From assembly GCA_041690355.1 (NCBI GenBank), contig JAWLHK010000004.1, forward strand, positions 248,001 to 299,553: a DNA stretch of 51,553 nt. The letters run 5' to 3'. Shown here piece by piece: positions 30,184 through 39,588 of this stretch. This DNA is from a bacterium (GTDB lineage: Bacteria > J088 > JAWLBW01). Numbering within the stretch: position 1 is the first letter of the stretch; the number at the start of each line of letters is the position of its first letter. The position numbers and the translations under genes are program-made. The notes beneath the pieces were generated by a model, which did no database searches, was not told where the DNA came from, and saw only the letters and a list, made by a program, of their open reading frames with translations.

Positions 30184-33100
30184 TCAGGAGCAGCCCGAGG
30201 TCTCGCCGCAGCTGACGCACTTGAGGCAGGTGCCGTTGCGCACGAGGGTCATCTGGCCGCAGTTCGTGCAGGGGTCGCCCTCGTAGCCCTTCTGGCGGGC
30301 GATGGCGACCGCCTCGAGCCGCTCGTCGCGCGCGCGCGGCGGGGGCGGGAGGTGATCGGAGGGCACAACTTCCTGCATGCCGCCCGACGCGGCCTGATAA
30401 CCACCGCCGTTACCGCCGCCCGACTCCGTCGCGAACGGGCGTACGTGCGAAGAGTGCCGGGGCGCAAGGCGCAGGCCGAGCTGGCGCGGATCCATGTCGG
30501 ATTCTTCTTCCTCGTCAAAGTCGGGTTCGCGGCCGAGCGTGTCGTGGCGCAGATCTTCAGGCTGCACCTGCGCGAGATCGGTGCGGCCCAGGTAGGTCAC
30601 GGCCAGCTCGCGGAAGATGTAGTCGATGACCGAGGTCGACATCTTGATGTGCGGGTTGCCCATGACCACGCCCTGCGGCTCGAAGCGCGTGAAGACGAAG
30701 GCGTCGACGAACTCTTCGAGGGGCACGCCGTGCTGCAGGCCGAGGCTCACGGCGATGGCGAAACAGTTCATCAGCGAGCGGAAGGCAGCCCCTTCCTTGT
30801 GCATGTCGATGAACAGCTCGCCGAGCGCGCCGTCTTCGTATTCGCCGGTGCGCAGGTAGACCTTGTGGCCGCCCACGACCGCCTTCTGGGTGTAGCCGGC
30901 GCGGCGATCGGGCAGGCGCCGGCGGCGGGCCAGGTAGCGGTAGATCATCTTCTCGGCGATCTGGATTTCGCGCGGCTGGGCGGGGGCTTCGGCCCGTGCC
31001 TCTTCTTCGGCGGCATCGGCGTCGTCGTCGAGCGCAATGGCGTTCAGCGGCTGCGAAAGCTTCGAGCCGTCGCGATAGAGCGCATTGGCCTTGATCATGT
31101 ACTTCCAGCTGGCCATGTACGCTTCTTTGACGTCTTCGACCGAGGCTTCGTTCGGCATGTTGATCGTCTTGGAGATGGCGCCGGAGATGAACGGCTGCGA
31201 CGCGGCCATCATCTTGATGTGCGCCATCGTGGGGATGAAGCGCTTGCCGTACTTGCCGCACTTGTTCGCGCAGTCGAACACCGGCAGGTCTTCTTCGCGC
31301 AGCTCGGGCGCGCCCTCGATGGTCATGCGGCCGCAGACGTAGTCGTTGGTCTCTTCGATCTGCTGCCTCGAGAAGCCGAGGTGGGTGAGCAGATCGAAGC
31401 CGGGGTTGAGCAGCTCCTTGTCGGTCAAGCCGAGCTTGCCGCGAACGAAGTCGTCCCCGAGCGTGAAGCGGTTGAAGGCGAAGCGGATGTCGAATGCCGA
31501 CTTCAACGCCTCATCAGCCTTCCGGAGCGCGTCATCGTCGAACCCCTTCTCGCGCAGCGAGTCGGCGTTGATGTGCGGAGCGCCCACGAGGTTGCCGCTG
31601 CCACGCACATATCGGATGATGCCGTCGATCTCCTTCTGGGTGTAACCCAGCCGCTTCAGCGCCGCGGGGACGCTCTGATTGATGATCTTGAAATAGCCGC
31701 CGCCGGCGAGCTTCTTGAACTTCACGAGAGCGAAGTCCGGTTCCACCCCCGTGGTGTCGCAGTCCATGACCAGCCCGATCGTGCCGGTCGGGGCGATGAC
31801 GGTCACCTGCGCGTTGCGGTAGCCGTGCTGCTCGCCGAGCGAGAGGGCGCGATCCCAGTCTTCGCGCGCCGCACGCAGAAGTTCGCCGGGGGTGAACTTC
31901 GGATCGATCCCCATCGGCGTGATGGTGAGCCCCTCGTATTCCCCCTTCTCTGCGTTGTAGGCGGCGCGGCGATGATTGCGGATGACCCGCAGCATCGAAT
32001 CGCGGTTGCGCTCGTAGCCGGGAAAGGCGCCGAGCTCACGGGACATCTCGGCCGAGGTGGTGTAGGAGACGCCGGTCATGATGGCCGTGATGGCGCCGCA
32101 GATCGCGAAGGCCTTCGGGCTGTTGTAGGGAATGCCCATGACCATGAGCAGCGTGCCCAGGTTGGCGTATCCCAGGCCGAGCGTGCGGAACTCGTAGGAG
32201 AGGCGCGCGATCTCGGAGGAGGGGAACTGGGCCATCAGTACCGAGACCTCGAGGACGATCGTCCACAGGCGGCACGAGTGGCGGAAGCTCTTGACGTCGA
32301 ACTCGCCGCTCTCGGCGTCGTAGTACTTCATCAGGTTCGCCGACGCCAGGTTGCAGGCCGTGTCGTCGAGGAACATGTATTCGGAGCACGGATTCGAGGC
32401 GTTGATCGGGCCGTCGGTCGGGCAGGTGTGCCACTCGTTAATCGTCGTGTCGAACTGCAGGCCCGGATCGGCCGAGGCCCACGCGGCGTAGGAGATCTCT
32501 TCCCACAGATCGCGCGCTTTCATGCGCTTGGCGACCTTGCCGTCGGTGCGGCGGGTCAACGTCCACTCGGCGTCGTCTTCGACCGCCTTCAGAAAGGCGT
32601 TGGTGACGCGGACCGAGTTGTTCGAGTTCTGGCCTGAAACGGTGCCATAGGCTTCGGAGTCCCAGTTGGTGTCGTAGGTGGGAAAGTAGATCTCCTTCCA
32701 CCCCTGCTCGGCCAGCTGGATGACGCGCTGGATGTAATTCTCGGGCACGAGCGCCAGGCGCGCTTCGCGGATGGCGCGCTTGAGGTCGCTGTTCTTCTTC
32801 GGGTCGTACTTCTCGGCCGCGGCGCCCCAGCCATGGCACGCCTTCATGATGGCGTTCAGGTGGCGGTTGGCGAGCTTGCTGCCCGAAACCAGCGAGGCGA
32901 CCTTCTGCTCTTCGAGCACCTTCCAGTTGATGAACTGCTGCACGTCGGGATGATCGATGTCGAGGCAGACCATCTTGGCGGCGCGGCGCGTGGTGCCGCC
33001 CGACTTGATGGCGCCGGCGGCCCGGTCGCCGATCTTGAGAAAGCTCATGAGCCCCGAGCTGCGTCCGCCGCCCGAGAGCCGTTCGCCTTCGCCGCGCAGC

Positions 33101-33810
33101 TTCGAGAAGTTGGTGCCCGTGCCGGAACCGTACTTGAAGAGGCGCGCCTCGCGCACCCACAGATCCATGATGCCGCCGTCGCTGACGAGGTCGTCGCTGA
33201 CCGACTGGATGAAGCAGGCATGGGGCTGGGGACGCTCGTAGGCGCTGGTGGACTTGGTCAGCTTGCCGGTCTTCGGATCCACGTACAGATGGCCCTGGGC
33301 GGGACCTTCGATACCATAGGCCCAGTTGAGGCCGGTATTGAACCACTGCGGAGAGTTGGGGGCGCCCATCTGCGAGGCCAGGATGTAGGCCATCTCGTCA
33401 TAGAAGGCGCGGGCGTCCTGCTCGCTGTCGAAGTAGCCGTACTTGTAGCCCCAATAGGTCCAGCAGCCGGCCAGCCGGCGGAACACCTGGCGGGCGTCGC
33501 GTTCGCCGACGATGCGCTCGTCTTCGCTCATCTTGGCCATCCCCTTTTCGTCGGGGACGTGCTTCTGCAGCCACTCGGGAATGCCTTCTTCTTTCACCGC
33601 CTTCAGCTTCGCGGGCACGCCGGCCTTGCGGAAGTACTTCTGGGCGATGATGTCGACGGCGACCTGGCTCCACTCCGCGGGCACATCGATGTCTTTGGCC
33701 TCGAAGACGACCGAGCCGTCGGGATTCGTGATCCGCGACGTGCGCTTGGCAAACTCGATGCTGTCAAAGGGCTCTTTGCCTTCGCGGGTATAGAGGCGGT
33801 CGATCTTCAT
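30184..33810 (-). CDS. nrdJ: Adenosylcobalamin-dependent (class II) ribonucleotide reductase
   Basis: [48 protein letters not shown]-terminal Cys4 ribbon and SGCS; AGGAG RBS. Confidence 0.96.
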   Translation of the reverse strand: MKIDRLYTREGKEPFDSIEFAKRTSRITNPDGSVVFEAKDIDVPAEWSQVAVDIIAQKYFRKAGVPAKLKAVKEEGIPEWLQKHVPDEKGMAKMSEDERIVGERDARQVFRRLAGCWTYWGYKYGYFDSEQDARAFYDEMAYILASQMGAPNSPQWFNTGLNWAYGIEGPAQGHLYVDPKTGKLTKSTSAYERPQPHACFIQSVSDDLVSDGGIMDLWVREARLFKYGSGTGTNFSKLRGEGERLSGGGRSSGLMSFLKIGDRAAGAIKSGGTTRRAAKMVCLDIDHPDVQQFINWKVLEEQKVASLVSGSKLANRHLNAIMKACHGWGAAAEKYDPKKNSDLKRAIREARLALVPENYIQRVIQLAEQGWKEIYFPTYDTNWDSEAYGTVSGQNSNNSVRVTNAFLKAVEDDAEWTLTRRTDGKVAKRMKARDLWEEISYAAWASADPGLQFDTTINEWHTCPTDGPINASNPCSEYMFLDDTACNLASANLMKYYDAESGEFDVKSFRHSCRLWTIVLEVSVLMAQFPSSEIARLSYEFRTLGLGYANLGTLLMVMGIPYNSPKAFAICGAITAIMTGVSYTTSAEMSRELGAFPGYERNRDSMLRVIRNHRRAAYNAEKGEYEGLTITPMGIDPKFTPGELLRAAREDWDRALSLGEQHGYRNAQVTVIAPTGTIGLVMDCDTTGVEPDFALVKFKKLAGGGYFKIINQSVPAALKRLGYTQKEIDGIIRYVRGSGNLVGAPHINADSLREKGFDDDALRKADEALKSAFDIRFAFNRFTLGDDFVRGKLGLTDKELLNPGFDLLTHLGFSRQQIEETNDYVCGRMTIEGAPELREEDLPVFDCANKCGKYGKRFIPTMAHIKMMAASQPFISGAISKTINMPNEASVEDVKEAYMASWKYMIKANALYRDGSKLSQPLNAIALDDDADAAEEEARAEAPAQPREIQIAEKMIYRYLARRRRLPDRRAGYTQKAVVGGHKVYLRTGEYEDGALGELFIDMHKEGAAFRSLMNCFAIAVSLGLQHGVPLEEFVDAFVFTRFEPQGVVMGNPHIKMSTSVIDYIFRELAVTYLGRTDLAQVQPEDLRHDTLGREPDFDEEEESDMDPRQLGLRLAPRHSSHVRPFATESGGGNGGGYQAASGGMQEVVPSDHLPPPPRARDERLEAVAIARQKGYEGDPCTNCGQMTLVRNGTCLKCVSCGETSGCS

Positions 33811-34005
33811 GGACTCTCCTGAAGGGGGGCGGCTGCGGAAACGGATCGCGCCGGGCACCCGGAAACGGTTGCGCAGTGACTACAAAAAACTACAAATAGT
33901 ACCAGTCTGTCGGCCGCCGGTCGAAGCTTGAGACGGGGATGAAGAGACGGTACCCAACTCGCTGAGGATTGGGGCGCACCGCACGGGGTGGCGGAGGCCT
34001 CGTGT

Positions 34006-34052
34006 ACACAACATTTTGTGGACGGGGAACACTATAATCCAACCTGTAGCGG
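34006..34052. promoter_or_regulatory. Tandem NrdR boxes
   Basis: ACACAACATTTTGTGG (34006-34021) and ATCCAACCTGTAGCGG (34037-34052), 31 bp apart, resemble the acaCwAtATaTwGtg consensus. A possible third box AAACTACAAATAGTAC lies at 33887-33902. Confidence 0.8.
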
Positions 34053-34060
34053 TGGGTCAA
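34031..34060 (-). promoter_or_regulatory. Putative sigma70 promoter of nrdJ
   Basis: TTGACC-N18-TATAGT on the minus strand, with NrdR box 2 in the spacer. Confidence 0.65.
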
Positions 34061-34206
34061 GAAAAAATCGTATCACGTTCCGGGCCCGCTCGGCATGCGG
34101 TTCCGCACCGTTCCGGTGGACGATCCCGGGTCCCGGAGCGGACCGCACCGCACCCGATCGCTGAGCCCCGCTTGGCATCGTAGCGCGCGGCCGGGACAGC
34201 CGTTGT

Positions 34207-34460
34207 CGATTTACAATTGACAATTGACGATTGACGATTTGTCGAAGTGACGAGTTACGGGTGACGAGTGACGAATTTCCGGCAAGGGCGTGGGTCCCTT
34301 TGTACTTGCTGGTTGGCGCTCAGTGCTTGGCGCTCGGCGCTTTTTCGAAATGACGAGTTACGAGTGACGAGTGACGAATTTCCGACCAGGGAGCGCGCAG
34401 CGTGTGCGCCGGGCGTGCACGTTGTCCCCCACTCTCCCACTCCCCCACTCTCCCACTCCG
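34207..34460. repeat. Composite intergenic repeat built of heptamers, copy B
   Basis: ATTGAC(A/G) runs, two GTGACGAGTGACGAATTTCCG blocks and CCCACTC(T/C) octamers; inverted relative to 10852-11027. Confidence 0.8.
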
Positions 34461-34481
34461 CGCGGCGGACCCCCGCGCACA

Positions 34482-37400
34482 TCACCCCTCGCCGAAGATA
34501 TCCCGCAGATCCTGCACGGAAAGCTGCCCCGCTACGTCACCCTCGCCGAGCAGCTGGTCGACCAGGCCACGCTTCGCCTGCTGCAGCTCGAGCATGCGCT
34601 CTTCGACCGTGCCCTGCGCGATCAGCTTGTAGACGAAGACCGGGCGCGTCTGGCCGATGCGATAGGCGCGATCGGTCGCTTGATCTTCCACGGCCGGATT
34701 CCACCACGGATCGTAGTGGACCACGTAATCGGCTGCGGTCAGGTTGAGCCCGGCGCCCCCCGCGCGCAGCGAGATGAGGAAGACGCGGCACTCCGGATCC
34801 TCCTGGAAACGGCGCACGGGCGCTTCGCGATCGGCCGTGCTTCCATCGAGGCGCGCATAGGCGTGACCTGCCTGCGTGAGGGCCGTTCCCAGGCGATCGA
34901 GCATCTCGGTGAATTGCGAGAAGACGATGATCTTGTGATCCTCCTCCACCGCATCGGCGACGAGTTCGAGCAGCGCCTCGCGTTTTGCGGATTCGGTCAC
35001 GCGCTGCGCTTCGTCGAAGGGGAGAAGGGTCGGGTCGCAGCAGGCCTGGCGCAACCGGAGCAGCGCTTCGAGCACGTGCATGCGCGCCTTGCCGATCCCT
35101 TCCTTGTCGATGCGATCGAACAGGGTGACGCGATAGCCTTCGCGCACCATTTCGTAGACGTTGCGCTGCGCATCGCTCAATTCGCAGGGCAGGATGATCT
35201 CGGTCTTGGGCGGCAGTTCGGCCGCGACGTTCTTCTTCAGGCGCCGCAGGACAAAAGGGGAAATCCGCTTGCGGAGCCGCTCGGCCACGTCGCTCCCGGG
35301 AACGCCGATGCGCTTCACGTAGCGTTCCTGAAAGTGACGCTCGGAGCCGAAGAAGCCGGGCATGGCGAACTCGAAATAACTCCAGAGTTCCCCCAGATGG
35401 TTTTCGAGCGGGGTGCCGCTCAGGGCCAGGCGGAAATCGGCGGGAACGGCGCGGGCGCACTCTGCCGTCTGCGAGCGGGCGTTCTTGATGGCCTGCGCTT
35501 CGTCGAGGACGAAATTGCGCCAGCGATAGCGCGCCAGCAGCCCGACGTCGCGGCGCAGCACGCCGTAGGTGGTGAGCACGACGTCGACCTCGGCGAGGCG
35601 GTCCACTTCGTTTCCGCGTTGATCGCCCGTCCAGCGGAGGACCCGCAGCGACGGCGCGAACTTCTCGAGTTCCCGCACCCAGTTGAAGACGACGCTCGAC
35701 GGCGCGACCACGAGCGTCTGCGCGCGCCGGAGGGGCGCCGGGTCGACGGCGTCGGTAGACTCCGTACCCGCCGGTACGTTCTCTGGAGGTGAAGCCGGCT
35801 CAGTCGCGGAATTCCCCGGGGCGTGCGCTTTGCGGTGCAGAAGGAACGCGATCGTCTGCAGCGTCTTGCCGAGGCCCATGTCATCCGCAAGAATTCCGCC
35901 CAGGCGGTTTACAGCGAGCAGCGCAAGCCAGTCGAGCCCCTGTTGCTGATAGGGGCGCAGCGTCGCCTGCAGGCCGGCGGGCGGCGGGATCGAACCGGGA
36001 TGCTCGAGTTCGCGCAGCGAGCGGACGACCTCGCGCCACCCCTCGTCGACGACGGCCGTGGGAACTTCGTCGAGCAGGGTGGTCAGGAGGGCAGCCTGGG
36101 CGCGGTGAACCTTGCCGTCGGGGGGAATTTCGTCGAGCCGATCGCGCAGGCGCTCGAGCTGTTCGACCGGAAGGCGCACATAGCCGTCGGGGGTGAGAAT
36201 GTAACGGTTCTTGAGCTCGCGCAGCAGGCGCCAGACGTCGAAGGCCTGATCGCCGATCGTGAATTCGAAGCGGGTCTCGAACCACTCGACCCCCGACTTC
36301 ACCTGGGCGCGCGGCGCGAGCGTTCCGGGCGCCATGCGCAGGGTCGTGAGGGTCTGGCGTCCGTAGACCTCGACCCCCTCGGCCTCGAGACCGGGCACGT
36401 CTTCGTCGAGAAAGCGGATGCCGCGGATGGCTTCGAGAATCCACTCGCCGCTGTCCTTGCCGGTCTGATACTCGCTGGCGAGAAAGCGTTCGTAGAGCAG
36501 CCGGCGCCACGCATGTTCCGCATGCGGATCGCGGCGGTACCAGCGGTTGTCGTCGAGGACGGGTCCCTCGTCGGCGGCGGTCACCAGCTGTTTCGCCTCG
36601 CCGTAGCGGGCACAGGCGGTCACGCGCAGGGTGCCGTTTTTTTCCTCAAGCAGGAGGGCGCGCACGGGCGTCGTTTCGATGATCTGCGGCGTGCGCGTAT
36701 CGCCGATCTCCACCGGTCCCCAGGTACGGATCTGGGGAAGCAGCTCGTCGGCCCAGCGCACGAGCTCCGCCGGGCGCACGTTGAAGCCGGCGATGAGCAA
36801 GGCGTCGAGCAGCGGTGTGGCGTCGGGCGCTTCGAGGGGAACGATGCGCCGATCGCCGTCGTACAGGAACGCGAGCTCGCCCGCGGCGATCACGAGCGCG
36901 CCGGGCTGTACGGGAATGGGTTTGCCCTCGCCGTCGAAAGCGGTCCCCTGCACGTAGATCCCCTGTTCCGCATCCCGGGTGGAGAAGCTCAGGCGCCCGG
37001 CCTTCTCGTCCCAGTGGAGCGGTGACGCGGGGTCTTCCAGAAAGGTGTGGGCGCGGGCCAGCAGGGGGAGCAGAAAGCGCAGCCGCTGCGGGTCAACCAT
37101 GAAGCGGGTCCGGTCGGCGCCGCGCCGCAGGCTCTCGAGCAGCTTGCGGGCCGTCTCGTCGGCGTAGGGGGGCGCCTGGTTCATCAGGCTCGGCACCGGC
37201 AGCCGGTCGAAGACGTGGTATCCGGGGCGCACGCGGGCGCCGAAGAAACCGAGCCGGCCGTCACTCTCGAAGATCAACTGCCAGCCGAGTACGCGCACCC
37301 CCTCGGTGGCCCGCGCCTCCTGCACCTTGCCCTGCAGCAGGGCCAGCGCTTCGTCGAGGGTCTTCGGACTCGCCTTTCGTTCGGCCTCGGCGACGGCGCG

Positions 37401-37703
37401 GGGGTTGCGGGCCGCCATGACGAGCGCGACGGGATGCGGGCAGGCCCCCTCTTCCATCTCGGGGCAGGTGCAGGAAAAACGGGAGCGCACGGGGCTGTCG
37501 CCCGGGTGGATCATGGTGCGCACTTCGCCGCCGCGCACGGCGAAAGCGCCTTCGAGCAGATCGGCTTCGTTGCGATCGAGACGGGGCGGGGCGCCGCGCA
37601 GCAGTTTCAGCGCGCGCCGGTAGACATCGTCGCCGACCCAGGCGCGCAGGTCGGCATCGGTCCACTGGTCGATAACACGGTTTCCGGTTTCGGCAGAAGG
37701 CAC
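34482..37703 (-). CDS. SWIM-domain SNF2-family helicase/ATPase
   Basis: SCTC...CPH SWIM; LRPYQ, LADDMGLGKT, LDEAQAIKN, LSGTPLEN, FSQFT, DPWWNPAVEDQATDRAYRIGQ. Start uncertain (GTG 37703 or ATG 37811). Confidence 0.92.
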   Translation of the reverse strand: MPSAETGNRVIDQWTDADLRAWVGDDVYRRALKLLRGAPPRLDRNEADLLEGAFAVRGGEVRTMIHPGDSPVRSRFSCTCPEMEEGACPHPVALVMAARNPRAVAEAERKASPKTLDEALALLQGKVQEARATEGVRVLGWQLIFESDGRLGFFGARVRPGYHVFDRLPVPSLMNQAPPYADETARKLLESLRRGADRTRFMVDPQRLRFLLPLLARAHTFLEDPASPLHWDEKAGRLSFSTRDAEQGIYVQGTAFDGEGKPIPVQPGALVIAAGELAFLYDGDRRIVPLEAPDATPLLDALLIAGFNVRPAELVRWADELLPQIRTWGPVEIGDTRTPQIIETTPVRALLLEEKNGTLRVTACARYGEAKQLVTAADEGPVLDDNRWYRRDPHAEHAWRRLLYERFLASEYQTGKDSGEWILEAIRGIRFLDEDVPGLEAEGVEVYGRQTLTTLRMAPGTLAPRAQVKSGVEWFETRFEFTIGDQAFDVWRLLRELKNRYILTPDGYVRLPVEQLERLRDRLDEIPPDGKVHRAQAALLTTLLDEVPTAVVDEGWREVVRSLRELEHPGSIPPPAGLQATLRPYQQQGLDWLALLAVNRLGGILADDMGLGKTLQTIAFLLHRKAHAPGNSATEPASPPENVPAGTESTDAVDPAPLRRAQTLVVAPSSVVFNWVRELEKFAPSLRVLRWTGDQRGNEVDRLAEVDVVLTTYGVLRRDVGLLARYRWRNFVLDEAQAIKNARSQTAECARAVPADFRLALSGTPLENHLGELWSYFEFAMPGFFGSERHFQERYVKRIGVPGSDVAERLRKRISPFVLRRLKKNVAAELPPKTEIILPCELSDAQRNVYEMVREGYRVTLFDRIDKEGIGKARMHVLEALLRLRQACCDPTLLPFDEAQRVTESAKREALLELVADAVEEDHKIIVFSQFTEMLDRLGTALTQAGHAYARLDGSTADREAPVRRFQEDPECRVFLISLRAGGAGLNLTAADYVVHYDPWWNPAVEDQATDRAYRIGQTRPVFVYKLIAQGTVEERMLELQQAKRGLVDQLLGEGDVAGQLSVQDLRDIFGEG

Positions 37704-37844
37704 GCCGTACAGGGTGCCAGCCGGGGGCGGGCGCCTGCCAGTACCGTGGGTTTGCGGCGGGGGGGTTCCGCACGGGAACGGACCGCGGTAGTCTGGGGAA
37801 AACGGCAACATTCATTTCACCCAGGAATCCAGGAGAGTCGCGTC

Positions 37845-38228
37845 ATGGACGAGAATCAGGCGCCCGGCGAGGCAAAGATGCCGCAGGCCAGTCAGGCCGA
37901 AGAGGCCCTGCGGAAGCTCGAAGATCAGGCGAGCCGCTGGCTGCAGAGCGTGCAGCGGTGGGTCAACCAGGGAGACGAACTGCTGACCAGATCGCGGCAA
38001 TGGCTCGACGAGCACCCGGTGTCGCGCGACCTGGCCGAGAAGGCGGTGCGCAAGGCGCAGGAGATTCGCGAAACCGGCGTGGGGCCCGCCCTGCGCCAGC
38101 AGACCGAGGGGCTGCGCGGGACGGCCAACCGCGGGGTCGGCTATGCGAAACAGAATCCGATGGAGACGCTGGCAATCGGCGCCGTCGTGGCGCTAGCCGC
38201 CGCGCTTGCCATCCGTTCGATGCGCTGA
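37845..38228 (+). CDS. Hypothetical tail-anchored protein (DUF883/ElaB-like C-terminus)
   Basis: AGGAG RBS; helical body ending YAKQNPMETLAIGAVVALAAALAIRSMR. Confidence 0.7.
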   Translation: MDENQAPGEAKMPQASQAEEALRKLEDQASRWLQSVQRWVNQGDELLTRSRQWLDEHPVSRDLAEKAVRKAQEIRETGVGPALRQQTEGLRGTANRGVGYAKQNPMETLAIGAVVALAAALAIRSMR

Positions 38229-38318
38229 GGGCGATCAGCGCTCGCTCCTTCATGGGGTCTTCACAGGGGGAAGACAGGACCATCCAAAGGCAGGCTGACG
38301 CCTGCCTTTTTTCTGCCC

Positions 38319-38948
38319 TCAGAACGGCAGGGTAAGCTGGTTCGTGCGCGTGAGGGGGGCGCCGGTCAGCTCGAGCAGAAAGCGGCGCACCATTGTCTCG
38401 TCGAATTGCGGAAATCGGTGCACGGTGGCCGAGACGGCCTCCTGCTCGCTGCGGTGTTTGCGCAGCTGCTGACGATAGGAGAGCTTGATCGCCCCCCGAT
38501 CGCGCGGCCGCAGCTCGTTCAGGCGTGTGGGGTGGAGGTCGGCCATCGCCGCCGCCTGCTTTCTGCGATCGGCATTCTCGCAGGCGTAGACATCGCCGGT
38601 GCAGCCGAGCAGACGGGCGACGTGCTGCCAGGCGGGGCTGTGGTCGGCGCGCTGGTGCCAGGCCATGCAGTAGGCGTGCGCCGCCTCGTGGGCGACGACG
38701 TCCTGCCACATCGACGCCCCCTGCCGGTAGGCCGACCAGGCGATGGCGATCTTGAGCACCACCATGCGGTCTTTCTCGCGGCGAAAGGCCGTGTATCCGT
38801 AGCAGCGGCGGATCCGGTTCGAGACGTAGAGCCGGATCTCGGGGAGGGGTTTCATGGCCCGCTTCTGCAGGCGCGCGTCGAGCTCGCGGTAATACGCCTG
38901 GACGGCGACCGTGGCTTCCTGCAGGCGCTCTGGCTTCAGGGCGGGCAT
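38319..38948 (-). CDS. SprT-like zinc metalloprotease domain protein
   Basis: DVVAHEAAH followed by DHSPAWQHVARLLG, matching the SprT HExxH...HxxxW pattern. Confidence 0.75.
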   Translation of the reverse strand: MPALKPERLQEATVAVQAYYRELDARLQKRAMKPLPEIRLYVSNRIRRCYGYTAFRREKDRMVVLKIAIAWSAYRQGASMWQDVVAHEAAHAYCMAWHQRADHSPAWQHVARLLGCTGDVYACENADRRKQAAAMADLHPTRLNELRPRDRGAIKLSYRQQLRKHRSEQEAVSATVHRFPQFDETMVRRFLLELTGAPLTRTNQLTLPF

Positions 38949-39012
38949 GCGGGACAGTGTGCCAGCCCGGGGGCGCCTGCGCCACCGCGTCGGCGGGTCG
39001 AGAAAGAGGGCC

Positions 39013-39278
39013 TCAGGCAGCCCGGCGCTTCATCGCCTTGTCGAGGTCCCAGGTCGCCTGCAGATCCATCCAGAGTCTCGGACTGGTGCCCAACGCTTCA
39101 GCCAGGTCGAGCGCCGCGTCGGCGGTCACCCCCCCCGCTTGCCCTTGATGAATTCGTTGAGCCGGGTGCGGGTCCACCCGATCTGGCGGGCGAAGGCCGC
39201 CTGTGAGGTGCCGCCGGGATTCAGAAACTCCTCGAGCAGCATCTCGCCGGGGTGAAACGGGTTCTTCGGCTGGCGCAT
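39013..39278 (-). pseudogene. higA: HigA antitoxin pseudogene
   Basis: MRQPKNPFHPGEMLLEEFL...LNEFIKGKRG. A G8 run gives a premature TGA; shifted frames continue VTADAALDLAEALGTSPE and LWMDLQATWDLDKAMKRRAA*. Confidence 0.88.
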
Positions 39279-39287
39279 CAGGTCCTC

Positions 39288-39462
39288 CTACCGGTGATAA
39301 TCTTCGACCGCAACGTCATGAGCATTTCCATTCCGCCACACGAAGGTTATCCGCCACTGGTCGTTGATACGGATCGAGTGGCTGCCCTTCCGTTTCCCAG
39401 TCAACGCCTCCAAACGGTTGTCCGGCGGCGTGGCGAGCCGGTTCCCGAACGATTCGAATCAT
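39288..39462 (-). pseudogene. higB: HigB (RelE-fold) toxin pseudogene
   Basis: Frameshift after codon 2; the shifted frame reads ESFGNRLAT-PPDNRLEALTGKRKGSHSIRINDQWRITFVW...DYHR*, missing the central part of typical HigB. Confidence 0.88.
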
Positions 39463-39588
39463 GCAGTTAACGTTATCGAAACCCGGTAACAACTGCACGG
39501 GGAGAGTATACGCTGTCCTCGCCTCGGGGCGGGGCCGTGTCCGGCAACCCTGCGGCGTGGTAAACTGTCGGCCTCTCCGGGAGGCTTC

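Noticed and set aside
30184-33810. Intein or intron in nrdJ
   Set aside because: Continuous frame with contiguous RNR motifs; no splicing or homing-endonuclease motifs seen.
34207-34460. Two GTGACGAGTGACGAATTTCCG blocks as a mini-CRISPR
   Set aside because: Only two copies, built from heptamers, with repeat-derived intervening sequence.
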